A stretch of DNA of 26,419 nt, from contig CM119270.1 in the NCBI GenBank assembly GCA_051294375.1, positions 9,997,387-10,023,805 of the forward strand. Direction: 5' to 3'. The DNA comes from Paraspadella gotoi. Taxonomy: Eukaryota; Animalia; Chaetognatha. Positions 23,929-26,419 of the stretch are shown in pieces. A model generated the notes under the pieces. That model had not been told where the DNA came from. It was given only the letters and a program-made list of their open reading frames with translations, and did not search any database. A program made the position numbers and the translations under genes. Numbering within the stretch: position 1 is the first letter of the stretch; every line of letters begins with the position of its first letter.

Positions 23929-25272
23929 AAAGACGTAGTAAAATTCCTAAGTTTAACTTTAATTAAATCTAAAAGTGAGGAACGAACAACATTATACTTA
24001 TGAACATTTATGCATAAAAAAATTTATAATAAATTTTACACATTTAGCAGTAGGCCATATTTATACTAGTACTAAACCAATAAATGTTAAAATTTCAAAA
24101 CAGTTTTTTCTAAAGATTTTTTAGCAGATTTGGATTTGTCATAAAAGGTTGATAAAAAGAAATATAACTCTTTTGAAAAATTCCTTCATTAATGGGTCAA
24201 AATTAGAAAAAGCTATATTTTAAAGTCTGAAATTATTTTTGATTATATTAACTGTAGTTTTTTTTGATTTTTAACCCCACTTAATGAAAGAATTTTTAAT
24301 GTCGCCTGATGTTTGGAAAATGATCGCGTTAGGCTCGTGAATTTTATCTTTGTTCGGAAGTCTCATGAAAGTAATTCTGAGTGGTATACAGACCTTTATA
24401 ACAGTGTCCTGAGCTGGATGCTGAACACATGTCGCGTTAAGCCTCCTCTTAATCCAACACGGGTGATGCTCGGCACCAATGGCGTGAAAGTTGGTGATTA
24501 GCCAAAAGCTATTTTGGAAAATTATTTTATAAATAAGTTTTTTTTATAAACCCTAATCGAAAGAATTTTAAAATGATATATTTTTACGTTGAGAATTAAA
24601 TTAACATTAAGAAAGCCATTAACATAAAAGACAGGACTCGATCCCTCAAACTCTGGGCACACGATTATTACCTTTATTATTGTCGCGAACTGCGACATGT
24701 TGAAACATAATATTCCATTTACTTTTTACTATAGTATTACTTTACGTAAAACAAATGAACATTATAATTGTATATAATCAAGAGAACGACTAGTAAGTAT
24801 TGTTGTAAATCTCTATTTATGGAAACTTCTTTATTATTCATCTTTATTTTTGCCTCACAAGGATTTTGATTTGATATATGTTAATTTTATATTATTGGTT
24901 AATGTTATTAATGATTGTTAACGAAATATTAGTATTGCTTGCTATTGCTTGCTATTGATTTTTTCCTTGGGTTGATATGCATATAAGAATATCTATTGCT
25001 TTGATTATTTTTATTAAGGTCTGTTTTTAATAACGAACAAATAAAAGACTTTGTTCTGGAAAACATTTTATTGTTTAGCTAAACTTTTGGAGTCAGCGAC
25101 GCACGTGGCAACGTTAATCAACCGTTCGCCACAGATAGTACTATATATAAATATAGCCTACTGCGAAATTTAAAAAACATAAATTTTTTTTTTTACAAAT
25201 TAATGTTCACTGATGGTATGTTGTTCATAATTGACTTTTAGAATTTTCGTATGTAACTTTCACTACGCCTTA
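23929..25272. mobile_element. Non-autonomous DNA transposon with 8-bp TSD (hAT- or P-type)
   Basis: CTGCCCAG is duplicated at 23921-23928 and 25273-25280, and a single ctacccag is present at the empty site in copy 1 (reverse complement of about 22494-22502). Imperfect TIRs: aaagacgtagtaaaatt versus taaggcgtagtgaaagtt (reverse complement of the right end). Confidence 0.8.
24299..24504 (-). mobile_element. Deletion-riddled fragment of the tRNA-LTR TRIM (part of interior plus one LTR)
   Basis: Colinear matches to 17444-17775: atgtcgcctgatgt, tgttcggaagtc, tgaa..gtaat, cctgagct, gttaagc, cctcttaa, cggcaccaatggc, gttggt. Confidence 0.75.
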
Positions 25273-26419
25273 CTGCCCAGCCTTGGTTCAATTAAGAGTA
25301 TTAAAAGTGAATTATTTAAAATTTTAAATTTTTTTCAAAATATATGACCTGTTTAAATTATTATAACATAAAATATTATTATTTATATAAGTATCATGAA
25401 AGAGCCTGAGAAAAAAGGATTTAAGAAAGCCAATCACAATTTGATAAATATCATAAATTTACTCTACACTACAGCTATTGATTTTTAAAAAGATGTCTCG
25501 TTTTTGAATATCCTAATTAAATTAAAGCTGGGCCAGTTAAATATTTTATTTGTAAGTACGTCATTCTTTTTATATTTGAAAGGGCTGGGGCTTTTCAGAA
25601 GATATAATTATATTATTTTTATTTAAATTTCTTCAGAAAACTTACTACGAAAATAAGAGAAAAAATTGAATCTAAAAAAAGTGAGTTGAAAATGTAAACC
25701 CGATTTTACAAGCCAACCTTTCTCCACTCATTGTCAAGGCATTTCTTAACTGATCAATATCAAATTTTAACACACCACATAAATAGTTTTAGGATAATTT
25801 CTTACTAAACTAATTTAAAGTCATGAACATAGACCACTGGTTGGCAAATGACAGTCTGTATTTTATCGCGCGTCTTGTAAATTTGTCTACTACCATTTGT
25901 ATTGTCAGGCTTTTTATTAATACCTTAACTATTAAGGTTAATTGATTAATAGTTATGCCTGACAACAACGTATGAATTAGGTACAGCGTAAGTATGACAA
26001 TCACTTTGACGGATTTTGGGCAAAGGGTAAACGTTTTGTCTACGTTTTAAATACTATTATCAATAAATTTAGCTATTATAAAAAAGCTTTGAAATAAATT
26101 GGAAAGGAAAAAGGATGACCATTAAACACTTCATCTCTTTCTTGTTTTGGTTTTGTTTTTGTTTTCGTTCTTCATTTTTTTCTTATTCGCAGAAGAAAAC
26201 TCAAATACCGAGAAAAAAAAAGCATTAAAATTCGAAGTCGAAAATTCGGAAAGCGAAAACGACGAACGACGAAGACACGAATTCTTTCGGAGCACGAAAT
26301 TTGAAAGATGAAACTTAAATAAGAAGAATAAGAACCAGTTTTTGTTCTCAGAGAGAGAGAGAGAGAGCGAGAGCGAGAGGAACTGACAGACAGACAGACA
26401 GAAGAGCGAGAGAGAGGAG

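Larger units (their letters stand above)
23571..25899. mobile_element. Tc1/mariner-type long-TIR MITE, copy 2 (interior inverted relative to copy 1)
   Basis: ta|catgggtgacaattttacaagcgccggtag at the left; degraded right TIR ending cttgtaaatttgtctactaccatttg|ta. Interior 25273-25535 is the reverse complement of about 22243-22500. Confidence 0.85.

Overview
Eukaryotic (animal-like), AT-rich, repeat-saturated genomic DNA from a gapped and locally indel-rich assembly (N gaps at 6780-6804 and 16684-16915). I can support no intact host gene; nearly all listed ORFs are artefacts of microsatellites or minisatellites. The window is a stack of nested mobile elements: (i) a decayed BEL/Pao gag fragment (1-716, -) abutting a ~8 kb long-TIR element (721-8753), whose left TIR is split by a Helentron/HINE-like element (1178-4512) that has a second, inverted copy at 11161-13920; (ii) a 5'-truncated, frameshifted Penelope-like RT + GIY-YIG element (9277-10492) with an unusual KADD catalytic motif; (iii) a minimal type I hammerhead ribozyme of the Penelope type (14777-14830), followed by a ~1.1 kb TTAGGG-laced satellite; (iv) the most notable item, a complete ~667 bp non-coding LTR retroelement (TRIM, 17111-17777, -) with a PBS-like site, a PPT, a 4-bp TSD and LTRs that each carry a tRNA-derived Pol III promoter plus a structured RNA domain (Cassandra-analogous, Helenus-like); (v) two Tc1/mariner-type long-TIR MITEs, one hosting a palindromic TG..CA MITE with a 4-bp CGGG TSD and the other hosting an 8-bp-TSD element that itself contains a decayed copy of the TRIM. 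All alignments and folds were done by eye; nothing was searched against a database.
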